DNA from: Gammaproteobacteria bacterium
GTDB taxonomy: Bacteria; Pseudomonadota; Gammaproteobacteria; Enterobacterales; Alteromonadaceae
Assembly (NCBI GenBank): GCA_018815765.1
Contig: JAHIWM010000102.1
Location: 45,089-109,088, forward strand
Direction: 5' to 3'
DNA length: 64,000 nucleotides
In this document: positions 46,545 to 56,159 of the stretch, in pieces
How positions within the stretch are numbered: position 1 is the first letter of the stretch
How the letters are laid out: the number at the start of each line of letters is the position of its first letter
Translations under genes and position numbers: made by a program
The notes under the pieces: model-generated
What the model was told of the DNA's origin: nothing
Databases searched by the model: none
The model's input: only the letters and a program-made list of their open reading frames with translations

Positions 46545-46960
46545 TGAGCCTTTATAACGTTTTTGATATTGCTGGTAGTGGAATGTCTGCACAGCAAGTG
46601 CGGTTAAATACAACCGCCAGTAATATGGCGAATGCGAACAGCATCAGCAGCAGCATCGACCAAACCTATAGAGCTCGTCATCCTGTATTCGCAACAGCGC
46701 TGGAACAAGCCCAGCAAGGTCAGGAAGGGGCGAAAGTGCAGGTATTGGGTATCGTTGAATCAGATGCGCCACTGAATATCGAGTACGCTCCACACCATCC
46801 TTTGTCTGATGACAAAGGTTATATCTACAAACCTAACGTCAATATTATGGAAGAAATGGCCAATATGATTTCAGCCTCACGCTCTTATGAAACCAATGTG
46901 CAGGTGGCGGACGCCGCGAAACAAATGGTCAGCCGCACGTTGATGATGGGCCAAAGGTAA
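46544..46960 (+). CDS. flgC: flagellar rod protein FlgC
   Basis: 138 aa. FDIAGSGMSAQQVRLNTTASNMANANS and the C-terminal SRSYETNVQ motif. Confidence 0.9.
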   Translation: MSLYNVFDIAGSGMSAQQVRLNTTASNMANANSISSSIDQTYRARHPVFATALEQAQQGQEGAKVQVLGIVESDAPLNIEYAPHHPLSDDKGYIYKPNVNIMEEMANMISASRSYETNVQVADAAKQMVSRTLMMGQR

Positions 46961-46970
46961 GGGGTAGGAA

Positions 46971-47714
46971 ATGAGTAAAGTAGACAATACGACGAATCCC
47001 CTGGATAGCATGTATTGGGGAGATAAACCTACAACTCCTGAATCAGATGGAAATGGCGCACTCACCCAATCCGACTTTTTTGCGTTATTGACACAGCAAC
47101 TGGCCTATCAGGATCCAACCAAGCCGGTTGAGAATAATGAGATGATCGCGCAGATGACCAGCTTTACCATGGCTGACGGTATTTCTCAGCTTAATACCAA
47201 CTTTAAAGATTTTGCCACGACCATGAACTCCAGTCAGGCGCTGCAGGCGTCTTCTCTGGTTGGACAGTATGTGTTGGTAAAAGCGGACGATATGGTTTTT
47301 GACGGAAAAAATGAAGTGGTTGCCAGTGCTAACTTCCCTGAAGATGCAACAAATATCAAAGTACAGATTAAAAACGCTGATGGTGTTGTGGTTCGCTCCG
47401 CCACTATAGAGAAAGCCGATGCGGGACGTTTGCAACTGCCATGGGATGGTACTACTGATACTCAGGTTCTGAATGAAGACGGCACTCCTAAGGTTGATGA
47501 CAAAGGTAATCCTGTCATGGAGCTGGCAAAAGCAGGCGTTTACACCATTTCGGTGGAAGCCAGCATTGCAGGTAAAAACGAAGCCATAGTCACTTCCGTA
47601 TACTCCCCTGTGACCAGTATTACTTTAGGCAATGGCACCACTCAGGGCCTGTTATTAAATGTGTATGGCCAAGGCCAGAAAAAATTATCTGATATTGAAG
47701 AAATTGCTACCTAA
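46971..47714 (+). CDS. flgD: flagellar hook capping/assembly protein FlgD
   Basis: 247 aa. FFALLTQQLAYQDPTKPVENNEMIAQMTSF is the FlgD N-domain signature. Confidence 0.9.
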   Translation: MSKVDNTTNPLDSMYWGDKPTTPESDGNGALTQSDFFALLTQQLAYQDPTKPVENNEMIAQMTSFTMADGISQLNTNFKDFATTMNSSQALQASSLVGQYVLVKADDMVFDGKNEVVASANFPEDATNIKVQIKNADGVVVRSATIEKADAGRLQLPWDGTTDTQVLNEDGTPKVDDKGNPVMELAKAGVYTISVEASIAGKNEAIVTSVYSPVTSITLGNGTTQGLLLNVYGQGQKKLSDIEEIAT

Positions 47715-47734
47715 TCAATGAATTGAGGTGAACT

Positions 47735-49036
47735 ATGAGTTTTAATATAGCGTTAAGCGGCCTGGCTGCGGCTCAAAAGGATATTGATACCACAGCGAAT
47801 AACATCGCCAACGTCAATACCACGGGCTTTAAAGAATCCCGTGCTGAATTTGCTGATGTGTATGCAGCTTCGGTATTTAGTTCGAACAAAACCAAAGTGG
47901 GTGATGGTGTAACTACTTCTAAAGTAGCGCAGCAGTTCTCTCAAGGCTCGCTAAAATTTACCAATAACTCGCTCGATTTAGCGATCACAGGTGATGGTTT
48001 CTTTGCAATAGCTCCTGAAATTGGTAACCGTGACTACTCCTACACCAGAGCCGGTGCTTTTAAGCTGGATAAAAACAATTTTATCTCCGATAACAACGGC
48101 GGCTTTTTACAAGGCTTCCCGGTGAACCCTGCGACAGGTGAAACGACGTCGGTCAGTTTAAGTACCACTTCACCTATTCAGATCCCGAATACAGCTGGTG
48201 CACCACGTGCAACACAAAACGTGTTTCTGACGATGAACCTGGATTCACGTCAGCAGCCTAAAGCAGTACCGTTGCCAGCTTTTGATGCCACCAACTCAGC
48301 CACTTACAATAACCAGACTTCTACTACTATCTATGACAGTTTGGGTGAGCCACATATTTTATCTATGTTTTTCCGTCGTACCGATCCGGTCACAGATAAC
48401 GACTGGGAAGTTTATGCCGTGTTGGATGATAATAATGCAGCTCCCTTTACTTTGCCTGCGGCCACCCCTGTACTGGATTTCGACTTAAATGGTAACCCTA
48501 CAACAACGCCTATGCCTTCATTGGTCATGCCTAAAGCAACCTTAGATGGTTTATTAGCCAACGGCGCGCAGTTTACTACAGACGTTTCGATCAATTTTAC
48601 TGATCCGGCTGGAACAAAAAATCCAACTCAGTACTCCTCGAAGTTTGAGTTAGGTAGTCTGGATGGCGATGGTACTACTGTAGGTCGTTTAACCAGCGTA
48701 GATATTGATGCTGCTGGTAAAGTGATGGCATCATACTCCAATGGTGATCAAACTTATTTAGCTCAGGTCGCTATGGTGAAGTTTGCCAACCCACAAGGTT
48801 TGACTCAAGCCGGTAATACCTCATGGCGTCAAAGTTTACTGTCAGGTGAAGCTTTAGCTGGTGAAGCCAACTCTGGTACTTTTGGTGCTATTAACTCTTC
48901 AGCATTGGAAAGTTCGAACGTCAATCTGACCAACGAATTGGTGGATTTGATTGCGGCTCAGCGTAACTTCCAGGCCAACTCAAGGGCGCTTGAAGTGAAC
49001 AGTACCTTACAAAATACAGTGCTGCAGATCCGATAG
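47735..49036 (+). CDS. flgE: flagellar hook protein FlgE
   Basis: 433 aa. N-terminus MSFNIALSGLAAAQKDIDTTANNIANVNTTGFK and C-terminus LESSNVNLTNELVDLIAAQRNFQANS. Confidence 0.9.
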   Translation: MSFNIALSGLAAAQKDIDTTANNIANVNTTGFKESRAEFADVYAASVFSSNKTKVGDGVTTSKVAQQFSQGSLKFTNNSLDLAITGDGFFAIAPEIGNRDYSYTRAGAFKLDKNNFISDNNGGFLQGFPVNPATGETTSVSLSTTSPIQIPNTAGAPRATQNVFLTMNLDSRQQPKAVPLPAFDATNSATYNNQTSTTIYDSLGEPHILSMFFRRTDPVTDNDWEVYAVLDDNNAAPFTLPAATPVLDFDLNGNPTTTPMPSLVMPKATLDGLLANGAQFTTDVSINFTDPAGTKNPTQYSSKFELGSLDGDGTTVGRLTSVDIDAAGKVMASYSNGDQTYLAQVAMVKFANPQGLTQAGNTSWRQSLLSGEALAGEANSGTFGAINSSALESSNVNLTNELVDLIAAQRNFQANSRALEVNSTLQNTVLQIR

Positions 49037-49044
49037 CAGCTAAT

Positions 49045-49099
49045 AAAATGGGGTCAGATCACATTGTTAACAGTTAACAATGTGATCTGACCCCATTTT
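49045..49099. repeat. palindromic intergenic repeat, subfamily B copy 3
   Basis: AAAATGGGGTCAGATCACATTGTTAAC-a-GTTAACAATGTGATCTGACCCCATTTT, located 8 nt after the flgE stop. Confidence 0.85.
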
Positions 49100-49123
49100 C
49101 TTTTCTGGAATACGGAGGTTAGG

Positions 49124-49528
49124 GTGAACTTCAGAACTTTTTTGGTATTTGGTACGCTGATGGCATTTTCATCTGTTGCTTCTGAACAGGACGTACTGGT
49201 GACTATGGATTTTGTGCTTAATGCTGGCGCGTCTCAAAGCCGTACCTTTAAAATTCTGACGCCTGAACATGTTGAACAGCTCGTAATGGTTGGATTTAAT
49301 CCGGTAAAAGCTTTGTCTGTGGATTGTACCCTCCGCTTGTATAGCCCTTCCAATAAATTGGTGGGAACCTATAGTTGTCATCAACTCGAAAATCACTTTT
49401 TTAAAGCGCCTTTGCCAGCTGTCCCAGGCTATAGCGCACAGATTGAAGTGACCAATTCAAACTTCACTACAGCCAACACGTCATTTTCTGTGATCAACAG
49501 ATTTAAGTTTGTGTCGGTAGTTAAATAG
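49124..49528 (+). CDS. small secreted beta-rich protein of unknown function, inserted between flgE and flgF
   Basis: 134 aa with a GTG start and GGAGG 5 nt upstream. Signal peptide LMAFSSVA/SE. Two Cys residues. Loose resemblance to PPC-type beta-sandwich domains only. Confidence 0.5.
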   Translation: MNFRTFLVFGTLMAFSSVASEQDVLVTMDFVLNAGASQSRTFKILTPEHVEQLVMVGFNPVKALSVDCTLRLYSPSNKLVGTYSCHQLENHFFKAPLPAVPGYSAQIEVTNSNFTTANTSFSVINRFKFVSVVK

Positions 49529-49640
49529 ATTGACCCGCTTTAACTGGTATCAGATAAAAACTACCTCACTATTAACTTTCTTTTTAAATACAGCACGATA
49601 GAGCTAACTTCCTCAGCCCAATCTCAGTATGTTTTTTTCT

Positions 49641-49656
49641 TGGCATCAGTCTTGCT
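49641..49656 (+). promoter_or_regulatory. sigma54 promoter of flgFGHIJ
   Basis: TGGCAT-CAGTC-TTGCT with exact spacing, 33 nt upstream of ATG 49689. Confidence 0.65.
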
Positions 49657-49688
49657 TTACTTAACTTATCTCAAGTGGAGGCCAGACT

Positions 49689-50432
49689 ATGGACCATTTA
49701 CTATATATCGCGATGAGCGGTGCCAAAGAGAATATGAATGGCATCAGCATTAAAGCGAATAACCTTGCAAACAGCACCACCACAGGCTTTAAGGCTGACT
49801 TAGAGCAGGCTCGTGCTATGCAGGCTTTTGGCGAAGGGTTACCCAGCCGGGTGTTTTCACTGACTGAACGCCCAGGTCAAAATTTTGACGATGGCTCTTT
49901 TATTATCACAGAACGGGAACTGGATGTTGCTGTACAAGGCAAAGGCTGGTTGTCAGTACAAGATGCTGAAGGCAATGAGGCTTACACCAGAGCTGGTAAT
50001 TTGCAGCTGAGTCCAGAGGGATTGCTGCAAACGGCTTCAGGCTTAAATGTAGTGGGGGAAGATGGGCCTATTCAATTGCCTTTACCTATAGCAAAAATGG
50101 AAATAGGCAACGACGGCATTATCAGTATTCAGCCACAGGGAGCGCCTGCCAACGTGATGCAGGAAGTCGGCCGACTGAAGCTGGTAAAGCCGGAGTTTCA
50201 GGATATTGAAAAAGGCACGGACGGTTTGTTCCGGCGCAAAGATGGTGAAGTGGCAGAATTAGATGCAACGGTCAAAGTGATGAGCGGGGCAGTGGAAGGC
50301 AGTAACGTCAACGCAGTTGGCGAAATGACCCAGATGATCAGTTTACAGCGTCAGTTTGAAGTACAGGTCAAAATGATGAAAACCGCCGAGGATATTGATC
50401 GGCAACACAACCAAATTATGAGAATAGTCTAA
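49689..50432 (+). CDS. flgF: flagellar proximal rod protein FlgF
   Basis: 247 aa. MDHLLYIAMSGAKENMNGISIKANNLANSTTTGFK and C-terminal LEGSNVNAVGEMTQMISLQRQFE. Confidence 0.9.
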   Translation: MDHLLYIAMSGAKENMNGISIKANNLANSTTTGFKADLEQARAMQAFGEGLPSRVFSLTERPGQNFDDGSFIITERELDVAVQGKGWLSVQDAEGNEAYTRAGNLQLSPEGLLQTASGLNVVGEDGPIQLPLPIAKMEIGNDGIISIQPQGAPANVMQEVGRLKLVKPEFQDIEKGTDGLFRRKDGEVAELDATVKVMSGAVEGSNVNAVGEMTQMISLQRQFEVQVKMMKTAEDIDRQHNQIMRIV

Positions 50433-50454
50433 GGCTTAAGCCTGGGAGGTTAGC

Positions 50455-51243
50455 ATGCATCCAGCTTTATGGATCAGTAAAACCGGTTTGGACGCGAAGC
50501 AGCGTGATATATCGGTGATTTCAAATAACCTGGCCAACGCCAGCACTATTGGTTTTAAGAAAAGCCGCGCTGTATTTGAAGATTTGTTGTATCAAAACAT
50601 CAATCAGCCAGGTGGCCGCTCCTCTCAGAATTCTGAGTTGCCTAACGGTTTAATGTTAGGTGCAGGTACCAAAGTTGTCGCGACTCAGAAAAGCTTCACT
50701 CAGGGCAATATGATCACCACGGAAGGCAGTCTGGATGTGATGATCCAGGGCCATGGTTTTTTTGAAGTGTTGATGCCTGATGGCACTACTTCTTATAGTC
50801 GTAACGGCCAGTTCACCACAGACAGTGAAGGCAATATGGTGACCTCAGGCGCTGGCTACCAGATTCAGCCCAACATTGTTATTCCTGAAGATGCGCAGAG
50901 CATCACCATTTCTCAGGATGGCGAAGTGTCAGTCAAGTTACCAGGCCAGATCGATCAGGCTGTTGTAGGTCAGTTGACTGTGACTAACTTTGTCAATCCG
51001 GCTGGTTTAGAACCTATAGGGCAGAACTTATTTACTGCAACGGGAGCTAGTGGTGATCCGGTGCAAGGTATTCCTGGTCTGGAAGGGCGGGGTATTTTAG
51101 TTCAGGGCGCATTGGAAACTTCAAACGTCAATGTGACGGAAGAACTGGTCAGCCTGATTGAAAGTCAGCGGGTTTATGAAATGAATTCCAAAGTGATTTC
51201 AACTGTTGACCAGATGCTGGGTACTGCTATTCAGCAGCTGTAG
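50455..51243 (+). CDS. flgG: flagellar distal rod protein FlgG
   Basis: 262 aa. LWISKTGLDAKQRDISVISNNLANASTIGFKKSR and LETSNVNVTEELVSLIESQRVYEMNSK. Confidence 0.95.
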   Translation: MHPALWISKTGLDAKQRDISVISNNLANASTIGFKKSRAVFEDLLYQNINQPGGRSSQNSELPNGLMLGAGTKVVATQKSFTQGNMITTEGSLDVMIQGHGFFEVLMPDGTTSYSRNGQFTTDSEGNMVTSGAGYQIQPNIVIPEDAQSITISQDGEVSVKLPGQIDQAVVGQLTVTNFVNPAGLEPIGQNLFTATGASGDPVQGIPGLEGRGILVQGALETSNVNVTEELVSLIESQRVYEMNSKVISTVDQMLGTAIQQL

Positions 51244-51253
51244 GAGTAAGTGG

Positions 51254-51934
51254 ATGAACAAGTTAATTCTGCTCGTTTTAACAGTACAACTTTGTGTAGG
51301 TTGTGCCGGCAGCTTTAATGAACCTATGCCGGATGATCCTAATTTTGCGCCTTTGCCACCAGAGCCAGAGGCGGTTCCGCTTTCAAACAATGGATCATTG
51401 TTTGCACAGGGTTTATCCAATGGCTTGTATTCGGATAACAAAGCCCGTCGTCCGGGTGACATTATCACTGTGGTATTAAAAGAAAATACCCAGGCATCTA
51501 AAACGGCTAAAACGGAGTTTGGCAAAGACAGCTCGGCGAGCTTTGATCCTATGGTTGGCTTAGGGGGCCGTGATGTCAGTGTACTAGGTAACACACTGCA
51601 ATTTGGTGCTAATTCAGCCTCAGACTTTAAGGGCGATTCCAAAGCAGACCAAAGTAATAGTTTAGTCGGCGATATTTCGGTCAACGTATTGCGTGTGATG
51701 TCCAATGGTAATCTGGTGATCCGTGGCGAAAAGTGGCTGACGCTAAATACCGGCAAAGAATTTATCCGCTTAACCGGCGTGATCCGGGCTGAGGATATCG
51801 ATTCGAGAAATACCGTTGAGTCGACCAAAATTGCCAATGCCCGAATAGAATACAGCGGTACAGGTGCGGCCCATGGGGGGCAGGGGCCTGGTTGGCTGAC
51901 TCAATTCTTTAATGGTGTGTTGTGGCCATTTTAA
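51254..51934 (+). CDS. flgH: flagellar L-ring lipoprotein FlgH
   Basis: 226 aa from ATG 51254, with AGGAG 7 nt upstream. Lipobox CVGC. Motifs [16 protein letters not shown] and [17 protein letters not shown]. Confidence 0.9.
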   Translation: MNKLILLVLTVQLCVGCAGSFNEPMPDDPNFAPLPPEPEAVPLSNNGSLFAQGLSNGLYSDNKARRPGDIITVVLKENTQASKTAKTEFGKDSSASFDPMVGLGGRDVSVLGNTLQFGANSASDFKGDSKADQSNSLVGDISVNVLRVMSNGNLVIRGEKWLTLNTGKEFIRLTGVIRAEDIDSRNTVESTKIANARIEYSGTGAAHGGQGPGWLTQFFNGVLWPF

Positions 51935-51944
51935 TACAGGTGAA

Positions 51945-53045
51945 ATGATGAAACTGATCCAAAGCCTTATGGTTGTTGTGCTGTCTGGAGCTTTATCTTT
52001 CCCGGCTTCAGCCGCCCGCATTAAAGATTTAACCAGTGTACAAGGAGTGCGCAGTAACCAATTGGTTGGTTATGGTCTGGTCGTTGGCTTACCAGGCACA
52101 GGTGAGCAAAGCCCTTTTACTGAACAAAGTTTCAGAACCATGCTGAGCAATTTTGGTATCAATATGCCTGCTGGTATGAAATCACAGATTAAAAACGTGG
52201 CTGCTGTGGCAGTGCATGCTGAATTGCCTGCTTTTAGTAAGCCAGGTCAAACCATTGATATTACGGTCTCCTCTATGGGCAGTGCTAAAGGTTTACGTGG
52301 TGGTACTTTGCTACAAACCTTCCTGAAAGGTTTAGACGGTAATGTTTATGCCGTAGCGCAAGGCTCATTGATTGTCAGCGGTTTAGGTGCTGAAGGGGCT
52401 GATGGTTCCAGAATTTTGGTTAACACGCCTACAGTAGGGCGTATTCCTAATGGCGCAACTGTCGAGCGTGAAGTACCTTCACCTTTTGCTGATGGTGACT
52501 TTATTACGTTTAACTTAAACCGGGCCGATTTCACTACAGCCAAAACTTTGACAGAGACTATTAATAACTTTATAGGTCCGGACACTGCTCATTCTTTAGA
52601 TTCTTCTTCTGTGCAGGTGCGTGCGCCACGGGATATGGATCAGCGGGTATCCTATTTATCAACGCTGGAAAACTTAACGCTGGAACCTGCCAGTCAATCT
52701 GCCAAAATTATTATTAACTCCAGAACCGGCACTATAGTGATTGGCAAAGACGTACGGCTGTTTCCTGCCGCCGTCACTCATGGCGGATTAACAGTAACAA
52801 TTGCAGAAAACCCCACTGTAGTGCAGCCAAATGTTTTGGCGGGTGGGGACACTGCAGTAGAGCAAAATACTATTATTGATGTGCGACCCGATCAATCCCG
52901 TATGTTTAAGTTTGATCCAGGCACGACGCTGGATGATTTAGTCAGCACCGTCAATGCCGTTGGCGCAGCGCCTGGTGATTTGATGGCCATTTTAGAAGCC
53001 TTAAAAGAAGCGGGCGCCATTCATGGTGAGCTTGTGGTGATCTAA
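51945..53045 (+). CDS. flgI: flagellar P-ring protein FlgI
   Basis: Signal peptide followed by [32 protein letters not shown]-terminal [14 protein letters not shown]. Confidence 0.95.
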   Translation: MMKLIQSLMVVVLSGALSFPASAARIKDLTSVQGVRSNQLVGYGLVVGLPGTGEQSPFTEQSFRTMLSNFGINMPAGMKSQIKNVAAVAVHAELPAFSKPGQTIDITVSSMGSAKGLRGGTLLQTFLKGLDGNVYAVAQGSLIVSGLGAEGADGSRILVNTPTVGRIPNGATVEREVPSPFADGDFITFNLNRADFTTAKTLTETINNFIGPDTAHSLDSSSVQVRAPRDMDQRVSYLSTLENLTLEPASQSAKIIINSRTGTIVIGKDVRLFPAAVTHGGLTVTIAENPTVVQPNVLAGGDTAVEQNTIIDVRPDQSRMFKFDPGTTLDDLVSTVNAVGAAPGDLMAILEALKEAGAIHGELVVI

Positions 53046-54053
53046 ATGAGTAAAGTTGAGAACAAGGTCAATTATCATGATTTAACCGGTCTGGCGCAGC
53101 TGAAACACAGCTCCGGCGGAGATGATGATGCGGCGTTGAAACAGGCGGCTAAACAATTCGAATCTATTTTTATGGGCATGTTGCTTAGCAGCATGCGCAA
53201 AGCCAATGAAGTATTCGAAGATGAGGGTGTTCTCAACAGTAATGCGACCAAATTTTATCAGGATATGTACGACAAGCAGTTATCGACTGAGCTGTCAGAA
53301 AAAGGCAGCTTAGGCTTAGCTGATTTGCTGGTGCAGCAATTGCGACCCACCAAAGGCAAGACCACTCCGGCTTCCATGCTGAAAGTTCCGACAGAGGCTG
53401 CACCTGTGCCAGATAAAAGCGCCAGTGCAGATACCCAGGTTCCTGCTGTCACTCCCATTAAAAAATCTGCTGAAGTTACGCAGCCTGTAGCTGCAACTGC
53501 ACCACAGGTGATTACTGAAACTTTGGCTTCTGAACCTGAGCGGGATCTCGAAGACTGGAATTTTGAAACTCCGGGCGAGTTTATCCAAAAATTAATGCCG
53601 GCAGCCAAACAGGCCGCACAAAAATTAGGTTTAGAACCTCTGGCGTTATTAGCTCAGGCGGCGTTAGAAACAGGCTGGGGTCAGCGTACATTTAAAACAG
53701 CTGAAGGCAATAACAGCTTTAATTTTTTTGGTATCAAAGCCCATAACAGTTGGCAGGGGGATGTCGCTGTGGTGGATACTTTAGAGTATCGTCAGGGCGT
53801 GGCACAAAAAGAGAAAGCCAAATTTCGGGCTTATGACTCGCCGGAGCAAAGTCTGGGCGACTATGTCGACTTTATTAAATCCAACCCCCGTTATCAGCAG
53901 GCTGTGGCTATGGCTGATAACCCGAAAGCTTACTTTCAACAGCTGCAGGCTGCAGGTTATGCCACAGATCCAAACTATGCTCAGAAAATTTTATCGGTAT
54001 TTAACAGTGATACCTTCAAACAGGCACGGAACCTGCTTACAAACAAAGAGTAG
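53046..54053 (+). CDS. flgJ: flagellar rod assembly protein / muramidase FlgJ
   Basis: 335 aa. Rod-binding N-terminus (AAKQFESIFMGMLLSSMRK) and glucosaminidase C-terminus (AQAALETGWGQ..., YATDPNYAQKI). Confidence 0.9.
   Translation: MSKVENKVNYHDLTGLAQLKHSSGGDDDAALKQAAKQFESIFMGMLLSSMRKANEVFEDEGVLNSNATKFYQDMYDKQLSTELSEKGSLGLADLLVQQLRPTKGKTTPASMLKVPTEAAPVPDKSASADTQVPAVTPIKKSAEVTQPVAATAPQVITETLASEPERDLEDWNFETPGEFIQKLMPAAKQAAQKLGLEPLALLAQAALETGWGQRTFKTAEGNNSFNFFGIKAHNSWQGDVAVVDTLEYRQGVAQKEKAKFRAYDSPEQSLGDYVDFIKSNPRYQQAVAMADNPKAYFQQLQAAGYATDPNYAQKILSVFNSDTFKQARNLLTNKE
54022..54037 (+). promoter_or_regulatory. sigma54-like promoter of flgKL inside the 3' end of flgJ
   Basis: AGGCACG-GAAC-CTGCT with exact GG/GC spacing, 92 nt upstream of ATG 54129. 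Confidence 0.5.
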
Positions 54054-54128
54054 AGAATAGAGCCTATACTTTTAGTTGGCGCTGTCGACCCATAAAGTTA
54101 CGATGCACAGGCATCACTGGAGATTTAG

Positions 54129-56156
54129 ATGTCGGATAATTTACTGCGGATTGGAACCTCAGCCATACTGGCAAGTACTGCTTTGCTTTCAACCACAAGT
54201 AATAATATCGCCAACCTGAATACTCCGGGTTATACCAGGCAGCGTACAGAGTTTGAATCCAACATACTGGGCCTGGGCGTAGGACGAGGTACAACTGAGC
54301 GTCTGGTGAATGATTTTGCACAAAAGCAAATGTGGCGCGATATGAGCTCTGTGAGTTACGCCAATCAGTATTTATCTGAAGCCAGTCGCGTTGATACCTT
54401 GATGTCTGACCAGTCCAATAGTATTTCAACAGGTATGTCGTCATTTTTTAGTCAGTTGCAAACCGCGATTAATGACCCAACAAATGCATCCTCACGCCAG
54501 TTAGTGATGGGCAGCGCTCAAACTTTATTAAATAAATTCAATACGTTGTCTAATCAAATGACAGCGCAAAATAAGTATCTTAGCCAGCAACTGGAAACGG
54601 ATGCGGCAGATGCCAATGAGCAAATTGGCGTGATCGCAAGGTTGAACCAGGAAATTATGGCCTACGGCAATAATCCGGCTAAACCACCACCGCTGGATTT
54701 ACTGGATAAAAGGGATCAGGCTATTAAAGAGTTGTCCGTTCTGGTTGATATCAATGTGTTGGACGCAGAAAATGGTGATAAACAAGTATTCCTGAGCAGC
54801 GGCCAGTCTTTAGTACTGGAAAACGGCAAGTTTAATTTATTCAGCGTGGCTGGTAATCCGGACCCAAACCGCAAAGTTTTGCAGCTCAAAGCCGGGACTA
54901 ATCAAAATGTGATTGTTAACGTTTCTGAAACTGATTTGGGCGGCAAGATAGGCGCGTCGCTTGAGTTCCGCACCAAAGTATTAGATCCCGCACAAAGAGA
55001 GTTGGGGCAGCTGGCTTTAGCGTTCACCGATGCCTTTAACACCCAAAACCGTTTAGGTATGAATGCCGATGGTAATTTAGGCGGTGACTTGTTCACTTTA
55101 CCTAATTTTAATGCCTTGCCTTTTAGCAGCAACACCGGCAGTGGGGCAATTACTGCCTCAGTGGCAGCAGGGCAAGGCAAAAATATTCCGGCCAACGATA
55201 TACGTATCACTTTCACTGCTGCCGATGCTTTTACAGTTGAAGCTTTGGACGCTTCAGGCAACGTGATCCCAGGTACCGCCATCAGTCGGGCTGGTGTCAC
55301 TTTTCCTGTGACCGTGACGTCGGACGATACCAATGATTTTTTTGGCTTAAATATTACCTTAACCAATGGTGCTCCGGCTTTTGCCGCTGGCGATAAGTTT
55401 GATTTAAAACCTTTAAGTATTGCTGCGCAAAATATTAGCCTGGCCACCAACCGCCCTGAAGCTATAGCTTTAGCATCGCCACTCAAAGGTGAAAAAACGC
55501 TAACTAACCTTGGCAATGCTGAGATTGATAAGATTTCGATAAACAGTGTGGGGCAGGCAGGTAACAGATTATCGCAGCCAGCTAACTTTACGGACGGCCC
55601 TATTGCCATTACTTACCTTGGTAATAATCAGTTCCTGATAGAAGACTCCGGTGCTCCTGTTGTCAGTGAGACCATCACCTTCGCTGGAACTGATTATCAG
55701 AACTTATTAGGCGGCTCTGTTAACTTTGCTAATGCTGGTTTTGATTTTTCTGTTAAAGGTGTGCCGCAAGTGGGCGATACCTTTAGTGTTGCTTACAACA
55801 CTGGCGGTTTTGAGGACAACAGAAACGGTCTGATGCTGGGCAATTTGCAAAATGAGGATATGGTTCGTATTAATGCGGCGACCACAGTGAATGCTGATAA
55901 ATACCAGACCTTTAATCAGGCGTATTCAGAGTTAGTGGGGACTGTAGGTACTCAAACCAGTCAGGCGCGTGTTGCTGCCGCATCCTCTAAATCTTTATTA
56001 GAGCAAACGACAGCCTGGCACGAGTCTTTATCAGGTGTCAGTCTGGATGAGGAAGCGGCTGACTTAGTCAGGTTTCAACAAACCTATGCCGCAGCTGCCA
56101 AAATTCTGTCTACGTCACAAACAATTTTTGACACGCTGTTGCAGGCGGCGAGGTAA
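54129..56156 (+). CDS. flgK: flagellar hook-filament junction protein FlgK (HAP1)
   Basis: 675 aa. N-terminus LSTTSNNIANLNTPGYTRQ and C-terminus GVSLDEEAADLVRFQQTYAAAAKIL. Confidence 0.9.
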   Translation: MSDNLLRIGTSAILASTALLSTTSNNIANLNTPGYTRQRTEFESNILGLGVGRGTTERLVNDFAQKQMWRDMSSVSYANQYLSEASRVDTLMSDQSNSISTGMSSFFSQLQTAINDPTNASSRQLVMGSAQTLLNKFNTLSNQMTAQNKYLSQQLETDAADANEQIGVIARLNQEIMAYGNNPAKPPPLDLLDKRDQAIKELSVLVDINVLDAENGDKQVFLSSGQSLVLENGKFNLFSVAGNPDPNRKVLQLKAGTNQNVIVNVSETDLGGKIGASLEFRTKVLDPAQRELGQLALAFTDAFNTQNRLGMNADGNLGGDLFTLPNFNALPFSSNTGSGAITASVAAGQGKNIPANDIRITFTAADAFTVEALDASGNVIPGTAISRAGVTFPVTVTSDDTNDFFGLNITLTNGAPAFAAGDKFDLKPLSIAAQNISLATNRPEAIALASPLKGEKTLTNLGNAEIDKISINSVGQAGNRLSQPANFTDGPIAITYLGNNQFLIEDSGAPVVSETITFAGTDYQNLLGGSVNFANAGFDFSVKGVPQVGDTFSVAYNTGGFEDNRNGLMLGNLQNEDMVRINAATTVNADKYQTFNQAYSELVGTVGTQTSQARVAAASSKSLLEQTTAWHESLSGVSLDEEAADLVRFQQTYAAAAKILSTSQTIFDTLLQAAR

Positions 56157-56159
56157 TTT

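Noticed and set aside
51199-51837. 212-aa ORF on the minus strand
   Set aside because: It lies entirely antisense to flgH, which has strong family motifs. The product is low-complexity and Ser/Pro/Leu-rich. I treat it as a shadow ORF.
54902-55609. 235-aa ORF on the minus strand
   Set aside because: It is antisense to flgK. Its Ala/Lys/Val/Ser-rich composition mirrors the sense gene, and no RBS or motif is visible.
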